64,000 bases of DNA from positions 1,024,001-1,088,000 of the forward strand of contig CAXXUK010000001.1 of assembly GCA_963665125.2 (NCBI GenBank), in the 5' to 3' direction. Made by a program: the position numbers and the translations under genes. The notes under the pieces were generated by a model. The model saw only the letters and a list, made by a program, of their open reading frames with translations. It searched no databases and was not told the DNA's origin. The DNA is from an uncultured Desulfarculus sp. (lineage in GTDB: Bacteria > Desulfobacterota > Desulfarculia > Desulfarculales > Desulfarculaceae). Of the stretch, positions 1 through 8,842 are shown one piece after another. Every line of letters starts with the position of its first letter. Position 1 is the first letter of the stretch.

Positions 1-135
1 ATTTTTCGGAGTCCCGCATTTTTTATGCTTTCTGCGCCTGATTATTGGCTTGACCTCCAGGCGGGCCCATGGCCGATAATCAGCGGGACGTGATAAATAA
101 AAGCGAACCATGCATCGGTAGGGGAGGCGACGCAG

Positions 136-585
136 ATGGCCGAAAAAGCGCTGGCAGGCAAAGAGGTACTGGATTTAGTACATAAAGGAATGGTTGAAAA
201 CCCGCCCATATTCCAGACCATGGGTATAAACCTGCACAGTTTCGGCGAAGGCTGGGCTGTTCTGGAGATGGAAGTGGTTCGGGGCCACACAAACGCCATG
301 GGTTACGCTCATGGCGGAGCCATCGCCACGTTGGGCGACGGAGTTCTGGGCGCGGCCCTGATGACGACTCTCAAGCCGGGTGAGTTGTTCACCACGCTGG
401 ACCTGCATACAAACTACCTATACCAGGCCAAGTCGGCGACATTGCTGCGGGCCCATGGTGAAGTCATCCGCCGGGGGCGCACCACGGCCTATATTGAGGG
501 CACCATCACCAATCCGGATGACAAACTGGTAGCCAAAGTTAGCTGCACATGCATGGTGACCCGGGGGGATTGGCAAGATATATAA
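136..585 (+). CDS. PaaI-family hotdog-fold thioesterase
   Basis: HTNAMGYAHGGAIATLGD motif; 149 aa; GGGGAGG RBS upstream. Confidence 0.9.
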   Translation: MAEKALAGKEVLDLVHKGMVENPPIFQTMGINLHSFGEGWAVLEMEVVRGHTNAMGYAHGGAIATLGDGVLGAALMTTLKPGELFTTLDLHTNYLYQAKSATLLRAHGEVIRRGRTTAYIEGTITNPDDKLVAKVSCTCMVTRGDWQDI

Positions 586-638
586 TCCCGTTAATAACCC
601 ATGGCGAGTCGTAGTTCGTTCATTTTGTGGGAGTAATG

Positions 639-655
639 AATTACGAAAACGTAAT
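639..655. promoter_or_regulatory. Palindromic candidate operator AATTAC-N6-GTAAT upstream of the kinase operon
   Basis: aattac-gaaaac-gtaat; same motif and spacing recur at 6594-6611. Confidence 0.5.
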
Positions 656-713
656 GAGGTGTGCTATTATTACATAAATAACATTGCCATAAAGCTGGGT
701 TTCAAGGTGGACA

Positions 714-2609
714 GTGTCGCTAAAAACAAAGATAACCCTCATCGTTGTGTGCGCATTTGCCCTTTTCGCTATTGTCGATTACGCAATTCTGACTCTGGTT
801 ATTCAGCCGAGATTCCTCGCTCTTGATATCAACGAAGCGCAAAACGATTCCGACAGGGTCCAACTGGCCATTGATCGTGAACTGGCCCACCTCAAGGTGT
901 TATGCACGGACTGGTCTAATTGGGACGATGCTTTCGCCTTTATCCAGGGTAATGAACCCGGGTTCGCGGAATCCAATCTTGTTGATTCCACTTTCACGGA
1001 CAACGAACTCAATCTGATCTGCTTTATAGAGCCAAGCGGCAAGTTTTTTTGGCGCAAGTCCTGTTTGCTGCCTAATCTTGAGCCTGTCAATTTTGAAGGT
1101 TTCGAAGGGGACAGGCTTTCGGGTGACCTGCATAAATTGTTAGTAGATAATTATACCAGTGGATTTCGTGGATTATGGGCAACAGAGCACGGGCTGATGC
1201 TTCTTTCCGTGGAGCCCATTACGACCAGCGACAAGACATCGGTCTCAAAGGGCATGCTGGCCATGGGCAGACTCGTCGACGCTGCTCTGCTCGAGTCAAT
1301 ATCAAAAAACATCAAGGTTACATTTGAGATACAACGAATACCATCCAAGGATTTCACGGATGAGCAGATGCAGGCCCTCTACAAACTGGAAGAGACCAAT
1401 AAAGCCAGCATAAGCATTGTTAAAGACAACAGACGGCAAGTTTTTGTTTTATTGAGAGACATCGCAGGCAAACCAGCTGCCCTGTTGACCACCTACAGCG
1501 CCCGCGACATTGTCAGCCAGGGCGACACCGCCACGGGCTATGCCATGGCCTCGACCCTGACTTCTGCGTTTTTGATTCTTGGCTTGTTTACTATCCTGCT
1601 CAACCGCACGGTTATCAACCCACTGACCAAACTGACCCATCACGCCATGAATATCGCCGGTACGGAACTGTCAAATGACAGGTTGAACATCCGAAAAAAC
1701 GATGAGTTCGGACTGTTGGCCAGGGAATTCGATAACATGGTGGCCCGGTTGGCCGATATACAAAGAAACCTTGTCGAACAATCGTATTACTCCGGACAAG
1801 CCGATATGAACGCCGGAGTCCTGCATAATATCGGCAACGCCTTGAGCCCGATAATTGTCAGGCTGAGCGAAGAGTTGGATAGATTGACCACAATCCCATT
1901 GGCCAATATTGAAGCGGCCAATAAAGAACTGGCCATCGGCGCCCTGGACGCCAAGCGCAGGGCTCAGTTGAACGAATACCTGAATTTGGCCAACGCGGAA
2001 ATTCTGGCCATGGTGCCCGAACTGGTTGAAGAGCATCAAAAGGTTTTGTCCGGGATAAAACGCATCGAAAACATCTTGGCCGATAGTCGGTTCAGGCAGG
2101 CTTTCAGCAGACCCATAGAAAAAATCCGCCTTGATCAGTTGACCCGTGAGGCGCTGGGGATGATCGATCCTTCATTACGTTATTTGGCGGATTTTCACCT
2201 CGGGCAAAGCCTGGTTGCCGTGGGCCACATTCGTTCTCATCGGGTGCCGTTGATGCAAATCATGTGCAACTTGTTGTCCAACGCCGCCGAATCAATTAAA
2301 CGGGCAACTCAGGAGAATGGTGTTATCGAGGTAAATGCCTCACTCGAAGATAACGAAGGAGTCAGCACTGTTCACATAATGGTGCGCGATAATGGTTACG
2401 GCATTTCCAACAGCGGTCTGCAACAGCTTTTTCAGCGCGGCGTAAGCAGCAAGGGGACGGAATCGGCGGGCTTGGGCCTACATTGGAGTGCCAATGCGGC
2501 ATCCTCTTTGGGCGGCCGTCTTTATGCCGAGAGCGCCGGTGTGGGCCATGGCGCGGTATTTCATCTGCTTTTACCCCTTTCCAACAATAAGGCAATGGAA
2601 TCGTCATGA
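714..2609 (+). CDS. Membrane sensor histidine kinase (CHASE4-like, HAMP, HATPase)
   Basis: Two TM segments; DWSNWDDAFAF CHASE4 signature; HAMP (DEFGLLAREFDNM); H-box GVLHNIGN; N box NLLSNAAES; DNGYG and GLGL boxes. Confidence 0.9.
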   Translation: MSLKTKITLIVVCAFALFAIVDYAILTLVIQPRFLALDINEAQNDSDRVQLAIDRELAHLKVLCTDWSNWDDAFAFIQGNEPGFAESNLVDSTFTDNELNLICFIEPSGKFFWRKSCLLPNLEPVNFEGFEGDRLSGDLHKLLVDNYTSGFRGLWATEHGLMLLSVEPITTSDKTSVSKGMLAMGRLVDAALLESISKNIKVTFEIQRIPSKDFTDEQMQALYKLEETNKASISIVKDNRRQVFVLLRDIAGKPAALLTTYSARDIVSQGDTATGYAMASTLTSAFLILGLFTILLNRTVINPLTKLTHHAMNIAGTELSNDRLNIRKNDEFGLLAREFDNMVARLADIQRNLVEQSYYSGQADMNAGVLHNIGNALSPIIVRLSEELDRLTTIPLANIEAANKELAIGALDAKRRAQLNEYLNLANAEILAMVPELVEEHQKVLSGIKRIENILADSRFRQAFSRPIEKIRLDQLTREALGMIDPSLRYLADFHLGQSLVAVGHIRSHRVPLMQIMCNLLSNAAESIKRATQENGVIEVNASLEDNEGVSTVHIMVRDNGYGISNSGLQQLFQRGVSSKGTESAGLGLHWSANAASSLGGRLYAESAGVGHGAVFHLLLPLSNNKAMESS

Positions 2610-5125
2610 AACTAAGGGTCCTGGTAGTAGACGACGAACAAGCCATTCTCGATTCCGTTGCCGCGGTTCTTGTCGGCGGAAATAAAAACCCAACCGCCGC
2701 CGCGCGAATGCAACAACTGGGCCGCGAATTGTTTGGCGCACCCATAGAGGAGCAGTTGCCCGAGATCGATCTCGTGACATGTACACAGGCGGAAGATGCC
2801 GTGGCCATTGTGCAGCAATCAATAGAAGACCAGGATCCTTTTGCCGTTGCCTTCATAGATGTTCGCATGCCGCCGGGTCCCGATGGAGTATGGGCCGTTC
2901 AGCAAATACGGGCCCAGGATCCGGATGTCGAATTTGTCATAATGACGGCATACACCGACATCGCTCCCCAGACCATAAGCCGTTTGGCGCCTCCGGCGGG
3001 CAAGCTGCTGTACATGCAAAAGCCTTTTCACTCAAATGAACTGCGACAGCTTGTTGCATCTCTTTCTGAAAAATGGACCGCCCAAAGACAGCTCAAACAA
3101 TCTCACCAGGAACTGGAAAAGAGGGTCCGTGAACGCACATCCGAACTGGCCAGAGCCAACCAGTTGCTGCAAAGCGAGATAGAGCAGCGGATAACCAAAC
3201 AACGAGAGTTGGAGCGCTCGGAGCAAAATCTCAAGACCATATTGAATTCGGTGCCGGTCAGCATTGCCATTGTTGGCAAGGATAAACGGATACGCCGCGT
3301 CAACAAAGAGGCCCTCACACTGATGGGACGCGCCGACGATCAGGACATTGTCGGCATGCTTTGCACTGACACCATATGCGCCGAAGATTCGGAACTATGC
3401 CCGCTCAAGAATAATGATTCGAAGCTCGAAAATCACGAATGTGTAATGATATCAGCCAATGGCAATGAAATTCCGATTCTTAAGAATGCCGTTTTTGCCA
3501 CTCTGGATAACGAAGAAGTCTTGATCGAGGCTATTGTAGACCTAACTGAAAGGAAAAAATGGGAGCAGGCGTTAAACGAGAGCGAAGCCAGGTATCGTCA
3601 GCTTGTTGAACACGCGCCGGCCGGAATTTGGGAGTTTGATTTTAGTAAAGGGCGTTTCGTCAGCGTCAACGATGTGATGCTCGAATATACGGGATATTCC
3701 AGGGAAGAATTTCTGGAAATGGACCCAACCAAACTTCTAACCGAGGAAAGTTTCAGCGAGTACCTCAAACGGCAACAAAAACTCGTTGCCGGCGAAAAGG
3801 TGCCCGAGACGTGCGAATACCAGATTCAGACAAAAGATGGTCGAAATATCTGGGTAATGTTGAACAGCAACTTTTTTCACGCCCCTGACGGAACCATCGT
3901 GGCCAGGGCCATCGCCCACAACATCACCCGGCGCAAACAGGATGAACTCGAACGCAAGATGATGGAAAGCCGGGTCCGCCAGGCGCAAAAGATGGAGGCC
4001 TTGGGCAGCCTAGCCGGCGGTGTGGCCCACGATTTCAACAATATCCTCAATTCGGTTATCGGATTCACCGAGTTGGCCCTGCGTGAAATGCCCCAGGATA
4101 GCGATGTTCGCACCTACTTAAAACACGTATTACAGGCGGGCAAGAGGGCCGGCGGTCTTGTCCGGCAGATCCTGACATTCAGCAGGGGAGGCGAACCAGA
4201 GAATAAGCCCATTCAGATGGTCACAATTGTCAAGGAGGTGCTCAAGCTCCTGCGCGCATCTCTGCCCGCGACGGTGGATATCCAGCCAAAAATTTCCAAT
4301 AAACCGGTGATGATCATGGCCGATCCGAGCCAGATTCACCAGGTGTTGATGAATCTATGCACCAACGCGGCCCAGGCCATGGGAGACAATGGTGGGGTGT
4401 TGGAAGTAGTTCTGGAGAAAAAGGTTGTTGAAAAGCCGCTAGGGCTGACCCTGGACGAACTGAAACCCGGTGAATATTTGGTGCTGACGGTAAAGGACAA
4501 TGGCCCCGGCATACCTGCCGCGAATTTGGCCAGGGTTTTCGAGCCCTATTTCACCACCAAGGAGGCCATGGGCGGCACAGGCCTGGGCTTGGCTGTCGTC
4601 CACGGCATCGTGGGTAGTCTGGGAGGCGCGGTGGACGTAAGCAGCGTCATGGGCAAAGGCAGCGTTTTTCATGTTTATTTGCCCATCCCGGAACTGACTG
4701 TCACGGAGATTGACGAAATCGAGCAGAGCATTCCCACCGGCTGCGAATTCATATTGCTGGTCGAGGACGAACCGTCCCTGATCGAATTGGGACAAGGCAT
4801 TCTCGAAAGCCTGGGCTATTGCGTGGAGTCCGCGTCCGACGGAACGATTGCTTTGACAATGATCGACAATGATCCGGACAAATATGACTTGTTGTTGACG
4901 GATCAAACCATGCCCAAGATGACCGGTCTGGAACTGGCAATACAAGCCCGAAAGATCAGGCCGGACCTGCCGGTGATTTTGTGCACGGGCTACAGCGAAC
5001 ATATTTCATCGGTTGACCTGCGGAGGTCGGGGGTGGATCAGCTGATAACCAAGCCCATGTTGATGGCGGATTTGGCCACGGCGGTGAGGGGCGCCTTGGA
5101 CCGGGCACAAAGCGAGGCTTGTTGA
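2606..5125 (+). CDS. Hybrid sensor kinase REC-PAS-PAS-HisKA-HATPase-REC
   Basis: N-terminal REC (VVDDE, IDVRMP); GGVAHDFNN H-box; NLCTNA, DNGPG, GTGLGL; C-terminal REC (LTDQTMP); ATGA overlap with the upstream kinase. Confidence 0.93.
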   Translation: MKLRVLVVDDEQAILDSVAAVLVGGNKNPTAAARMQQLGRELFGAPIEEQLPEIDLVTCTQAEDAVAIVQQSIEDQDPFAVAFIDVRMPPGPDGVWAVQQIRAQDPDVEFVIMTAYTDIAPQTISRLAPPAGKLLYMQKPFHSNELRQLVASLSEKWTAQRQLKQSHQELEKRVRERTSELARANQLLQSEIEQRITKQRELERSEQNLKTILNSVPVSIAIVGKDKRIRRVNKEALTLMGRADDQDIVGMLCTDTICAEDSELCPLKNNDSKLENHECVMISANGNEIPILKNAVFATLDNEEVLIEAIVDLTERKKWEQALNESEARYRQLVEHAPAGIWEFDFSKGRFVSVNDVMLEYTGYSREEFLEMDPTKLLTEESFSEYLKRQQKLVAGEKVPETCEYQIQTKDGRNIWVMLNSNFFHAPDGTIVARAIAHNITRRKQDELERKMMESRVRQAQKMEALGSLAGGVAHDFNNILNSVIGFTELALREMPQDSDVRTYLKHVLQAGKRAGGLVRQILTFSRGGEPENKPIQMVTIVKEVLKLLRASLPATVDIQPKISNKPVMIMADPSQIHQVLMNLCTNAAQAMGDNGGVLEVVLEKKVVEKPLGLTLDELKPGEYLVLTVKDNGPGIPAANLARVFEPYFTTKEAMGGTGLGLAVVHGIVGSLGGAVDVSSVMGKGSVFHVYLPIPELTVTEIDEIEQSIPTGCEFILLVEDEPSLIELGQGILESLGYCVESASDGTIALTMIDNDPDKYDLLLTDQTMPKMTGLELAIQARKIRPDLPVILCTGYSEHISSVDLRRSGVDQLITKPMLMADLATAVRGALDRAQSEAC

Positions 5126-5156
5126 TAAACGGTAAAGGGGAGTCTTGGATAAATAA

Positions 5157-6548
5157 ATGACTGCTGCAACGGTTAACACAATTCTGGTGGTGGAAGACGA
5201 CGAGGCAAACCGCATCCTCCTGAACGAAACTCTTGGCAAGCAAGGCTATGATGTAATACTTGCCGAGGACGTTTCAGCTGGAATGGAGGCATTGAAACGC
5301 CAGGGGTTCAACGTGGTCCTTACTGATCTGCGCCTGCCCGACGGCAGCGGACTGGATATCCTGGCCTATGTCAATGAGCATCTGCCATCGACGCCGGTGA
5401 TTGTCATGAGCGGTTATGGCAGTATAAATCTGGCTGTCGAGGCAATGCACAAGGGCGCCTATGATTTCCAGGAGAAACCCCTCAATACCGAGCACCTTTG
5501 CATGACCATCGAACGGGCCCTGCGCAAGACCGTTTTGCGGCATGCTTTCGATTATCTGCGGCGGGAACAGCCATATATATATAAGTATAAGGACATCGTG
5601 GCTGAGAGCGCCCAGATGAAACAGCTCCTGAAGCAGACCGCGAAGTTGGCCAGCAGCGATATAACGGTGTTGCTCACCGGCGAAACCGGAACCGGAAAGA
5701 GCCTGATAGCCGGCAGCATTCACGTCAACAGCCCCAGAAACGACAACACCATCATCACCGTCAACTGCGCGGCCCTGCCGGAGACCCTGCTGGAAAGCGA
5801 GCTTTTCGGGCACGAAAAGGGAGCCTTCACCGGGGCGGACCGCAACAGGGTGGGGCGCATCCAGCAGGCCCATGGCGGCACCCTGTTTCTGGATGAAGTG
5901 GGCGACATGTCTCTGGCCATCCAGGCCAAGCTGCTGAGGGCCCTGGAAGACAAGATCATCCAGCCCCTGGGCAGCACTCGTTCCATCAAAGTCGATGTCC
6001 GGGTGCTTTCGGCCACCAACGTAGATCTTGTCAAGGCCGTGGAGGAGGGCCGTTTCAGGGAAGACCTGTACTACCGCCTCAGCGTTACCAGCCTGGACGT
6101 GCCCCCGTTGAGAGAGCGCCGGGAAGACATCCTGCCCCTGACACACCGCTTTATTCAACAAATATGCGGCGACTCCAAACGCCCCATGAAAGAGATGACC
6201 AACAGGGCCGCCCAAAAGCTGGTTTCATATGACTGGCCGGGCAATGTCCGGGAACTGCGCAATGCCGTGGAAAGGGCCATCCTGCTTTCCGAAGGAACAT
6301 CAATCGACGTTGAGGACTTCAACATCGAAAAGTATTCCACCAGGCAAGCCGCGACGGCGACGGTTCAGTTGGACACCTTTGATTTGAACCAGGTGGAATG
6401 CAACACGATTATGGCCGCTCTTGAAAGCTCCGACTGGGTTCAGGCAAGGGCGGCTGACCTGCTGGGCATAACCCCCCGTACGCTTCATTACAAGATCCAA
6501 AAACTTGGCTTGAGTCACCCGGAACTTGACGCCAGGAGGAGACGCTGA
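5157..6548 (+). CDS. Sigma54-dependent response regulator (NtrC/AtoC family: REC-AAA+-HTH)
   Basis: LTDLRLP receiver Asp; GETGTGKS Walker A; intact GAFTGA; LFLDEVG Walker B; WPGNVREL; AADLLGI Fis-type HTH. Confidence 0.95.
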   Translation: MTAATVNTILVVEDDEANRILLNETLGKQGYDVILAEDVSAGMEALKRQGFNVVLTDLRLPDGSGLDILAYVNEHLPSTPVIVMSGYGSINLAVEAMHKGAYDFQEKPLNTEHLCMTIERALRKTVLRHAFDYLRREQPYIYKYKDIVAESAQMKQLLKQTAKLASSDITVLLTGETGTGKSLIAGSIHVNSPRNDNTIITVNCAALPETLLESELFGHEKGAFTGADRNRVGRIQQAHGGTLFLDEVGDMSLAIQAKLLRALEDKIIQPLGSTRSIKVDVRVLSATNVDLVKAVEEGRFREDLYYRLSVTSLDVPPLRERREDILPLTHRFIQQICGDSKRPMKEMTNRAAQKLVSYDWPGNVRELRNAVERAILLSEGTSIDVEDFNIEKYSTRQAATATVQLDTFDLNQVECNTIMAALESSDWVQARAADLLGITPRTLHYKIQKLGLSHPELDARRRR

Positions 6549-6593
6549 GTCTAATTCCTTAATCCACCTGGGTTATTACTAATTACAAAACTG

Positions 6594-6611
6594 AATTACC
6601 ATATTGTAATT
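6594..6611. promoter_or_regulatory. Palindrome AATTAC-N6-GTAATT, candidate upstream activator sequence
   Basis: aattac-catatt-gtaatt, about 95 bp upstream of the -24 element; extra aattac half-site at 6581. Confidence 0.55.
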
Positions 6612-6642
6612 AAGCGCCTTTCGTAATCGAAGGCGCTTTTTC
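6612..6642 (+). terminator. Probable intrinsic terminator of the two-component operon
   Basis: aagcgcctttcg-taat-cgaaggcgctt hairpin (one bulge) running into a T tract. Confidence 0.6.
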
Positions 6643-6695
6643 TATCTATGTGCGTAACTATTTGAAATAAAAGGATAAATAAATTATTAACTTGT

Positions 6696-6712
6696 TTGGC
6701 ATGGCACTTGCT
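6696..6712 (+). promoter_or_regulatory. Sigma54 (-24/-12) promoter of the flp-tad operon
   Basis: TTGGCATGGCACTTGCT: GG(6698-6699)-N10-GC(6710-6711), matching TGGCA-N6-TTGCW; AT-rich tract upstream. Confidence 0.88.
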
Positions 6713-6778
6713 TATATAGGGGGGCACAACCAGAAAGCAAAAAAAGATATTTGAAAAACAAATAATAGGAGGCCCAAA

Positions 6779-6952
6779 ATGAAGATGATCAATGCAATTA
6801 AGAGAGTTTTCACCGACGATCGTGGTATCAGTGCTGTTGAGTATGCCCTGCTGCTGGCCCTGATTGGCGCTGGCATCGCCGCCGCGGCTTTCGCTCTTGG
6901 CGATCAGGTGGAAACCAACATTACCGGCGCCACGACTGAGCTCCAGGGTTAG
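6779..6952 (+). CDS. flp: Flp/Tad major pilin, 57 aa (not in the ORF track)
   Basis: Hand translation MKMINAIKRVFTDDRG|ISAVEYALLLALIGAGIAAAAFALGDQVETNITGATTELQG; G|xxxxEY Flp motif; AGGAGG RBS. Confidence 0.95.
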   Translation: MKMINAIKRVFTDDRGISAVEYALLLALIGAGIAAAAFALGDQVETNITGATTELQG

Positions 6953-6982
6953 TCCGGAAAGACCCTGCGGGCTGCGCGGAGC

Positions 6983-7579
6983 ATGGAAGCCATGTGGGGC
7001 ATGAATCAAAATACCGATACCGCCAATCTGGCAAGGGAACTGGGAGGGGCTCAGTGGGGGCTCCTCCCAGTCCTGCTTTGCTGGCCGCTTCTGGTGGAGT
7101 CCGGCTGGTTTGACTGGCAACAGGCGGCCATGCTGGTTTTCGCCAGTCTGATGGCCTGCAATGATTTGGCCGTGCGCCGGATACCCAATTCGCTCAACCT
7201 GATCACCGCTGTTACGGGCCTGGCCGGATGCCTGGCCTTGGGCGGTCTCGAAGCCATGAGCTGGGCTTTTCTGAGCGGGATCATGGTCTTCGCCTTTATG
7301 TGTTTCTTCTTTTTCATCGGGGCCATCGGCGGCGGCGACGTCAAGGCCCTGGCCGCCTTGGCCTGTTTCCTTTCGCCGATGAACGCGATTTATTTATTTG
7401 TTTTCACGACGCTCGCGGGCGGTGTTCTGGCCGTTGCCCTGCTTCTTGTAAAAAGGTTCAAGGAGTTCAGGGTCGCCGGTTTAGGGGCGATACGCCTGGG
7501 AACCAATAATCTCAGCATGCCTTATGGATTGGCCATATGGAGCGGGGTGTTGCTGCTGCTTCTGGGAGGCTATGCATGA
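6983..7579 (+). CDS. cpaA: Prepilin peptidase A24 (CpaA/TadV); start may be 7001
   Basis: DLAVRRIPN, GGGDVKALAA and MPYG motifs; multi-pass membrane protein after flp. Confidence 0.9.
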   Translation: MEAMWGMNQNTDTANLARELGGAQWGLLPVLLCWPLLVESGWFDWQQAAMLVFASLMACNDLAVRRIPNSLNLITAVTGLAGCLALGGLEAMSWAFLSGIMVFAFMCFFFFIGAIGGGDVKALAALACFLSPMNAIYLFVFTTLAGGVLAVALLLVKRFKEFRVAGLGAIRLGTNNLSMPYGLAIWSGVLLLLLGGYA

Positions 7580-7989
7580 ATCTCTTTCGCAGATTGTTAA
7601 GGGAAAACCGCGGCGTGGTGGCCGTGGAATTCGCATTGTTCCTGCCGGTCTTCTTACTGTTGACCTTCGGCATAATCGAACTGGGAGCCGCCTGGTATCA
7701 AAAGCAGATGCTGGTCAGCGCCAGCCGCGAAGGGGCCAGAATGGCCACCCTGTACAGTGAAGATGGCATTACGGCCCAGGAAGTCGAAGCACGTGTCAAT
7801 GAATACCTGACCCAAGGCGGATTTCCCGGACAGCCGACCGTGCAGGTCACGGGAGTCGACGGAGCCACTGGTGATGCGGTTACGGTCAATATCACCTCTC
7901 CGTACAACCTTCCCGTACTAAGCGCCATTACCGGTAGTGTGGCGGGAACAATCAATTTATCCGCAACCACCGTAATGAGACACGAATAA
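7576..7989 (+). CDS. tadE: TadE-like minor pilin
   Basis: RG|VVAVEFAL prepilin motif and ASREGAR; ATG 7576 overlaps the cpaA stop. Confidence 0.9.
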   Translation: MNLFRRLLRENRGVVAVEFALFLPVFLLLTFGIIELGAAWYQKQMLVSASREGARMATLYSEDGITAQEVEARVNEYLTQGGFPGQPTVQVTGVDGATGDAVTVNITSPYNLPVLSAITGSVAGTINLSATTVMRHE

Positions 7990-7999
7990 AGGGGGCGCC

Positions 8000-8842
8000 A
8001 TGATGTCACGCAAAGCCCTTGCCCCGTTGCTGTTGATCGTCGCCCTTGTATTGGCGGTTGGCGTCGCAATTGGGGCCAAGAAGTACATCGCGGCCAAGGC
8101 CGACGAAGCCGCAGCCAAGAAAATCCAGACCGGACCCGTGGTTGTGGCCGTGCATGACATGCCCGCCGGTTCGGAGTTGAAGTCCTCCGATCTGGCGGTG
8201 TTGGAATGGCCTTACAAGAACAGGCCTCCGGGCCATTTCCCCTCGGTTAAAAGCCTTTTGGGCCGCGTCTTGCACAAGCCGGTGGTAAAGGCCGAGCCGA
8301 TTCTGGAGGCCAAGCTCGCGCCCAAGGGCATGGCCGCCGGTATGGCCGCAGCGGTGCGCAGCGGTATGAGGGCCGTGAGCATCAGCGCCAGCGAGGTGAT
8401 CGGCGTGGCCGGATACCTCAAGCCCGGCGACAAGGTCGACGTCATCGCCGCAGTCAAGGGCACCACCAACAGCAAGGACCCCACGGCCAAAGTGGTCTTG
8501 CAAAACGTGGAAGTCCTGTCCGTGGAGCGCAACAAGGAAAGCAGCGACAAGAAGGGCAAGGGCCGCGTAAAGGGCCAGATGGTCACGGTGTTGATCAATC
8601 CTTCAGATGTGGAAAAGCTTGCCCTGGCCACCACCGAGGGCGAGATACTGATGGCCCTGCGCAACCGTGCCGACCAGTCCATCGCCGTTACCCCGGGCGT
8701 CCGGATGACCTCGCTTTTCTCCAGCCCGACTCCGGTCGCGGTAAAGGTCGCCAAGCAAGTCAGCAAGCCCAAGCCGCCTCCGGCGCCGGTGGTCGAGGTG
8801 ATCAAGGGCGTGGCTCGCTCCAGGCAGGAGTTGAAGCTATGA
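8000..8842 (+). CDS. cpaB: Flp pilus assembly protein CpaB/RcpC
   Basis: N-terminal TM; SAF-like VVVAVHDMPAG; GMRAVSI, GVAGYLKPGDKVDV, VLQNVEVL. Confidence 0.93.
   Translation: MMSRKALAPLLLIVALVLAVGVAIGAKKYIAAKADEAAAKKIQTGPVVVAVHDMPAGSELKSSDLAVLEWPYKNRPPGHFPSVKSLLGRVLHKPVVKAEPILEAKLAPKGMAAGMAAAVRSGMRAVSISASEVIGVAGYLKPGDKVDVIAAVKGTTNSKDPTAKVVLQNVEVLSVERNKESSDKKGKGRVKGQMVTVLINPSDVEKLALATTEGEILMALRNRADQSIAVTPGVRMTSLFSSPTPVAVKVAKQVSKPKPPPAPVVEVIKGVARSRQELKL

Noticed and set aside
6827..6952. Pilin as a conductive e-pilin
   Set aside because: Flp class, with only two aromatic residues in the mature peptide.
6596..7120. 174-aa minus-strand ORF across the tad promoter
   Set aside because: Antisense shadow of flp and its promoter; no recognisable motifs.
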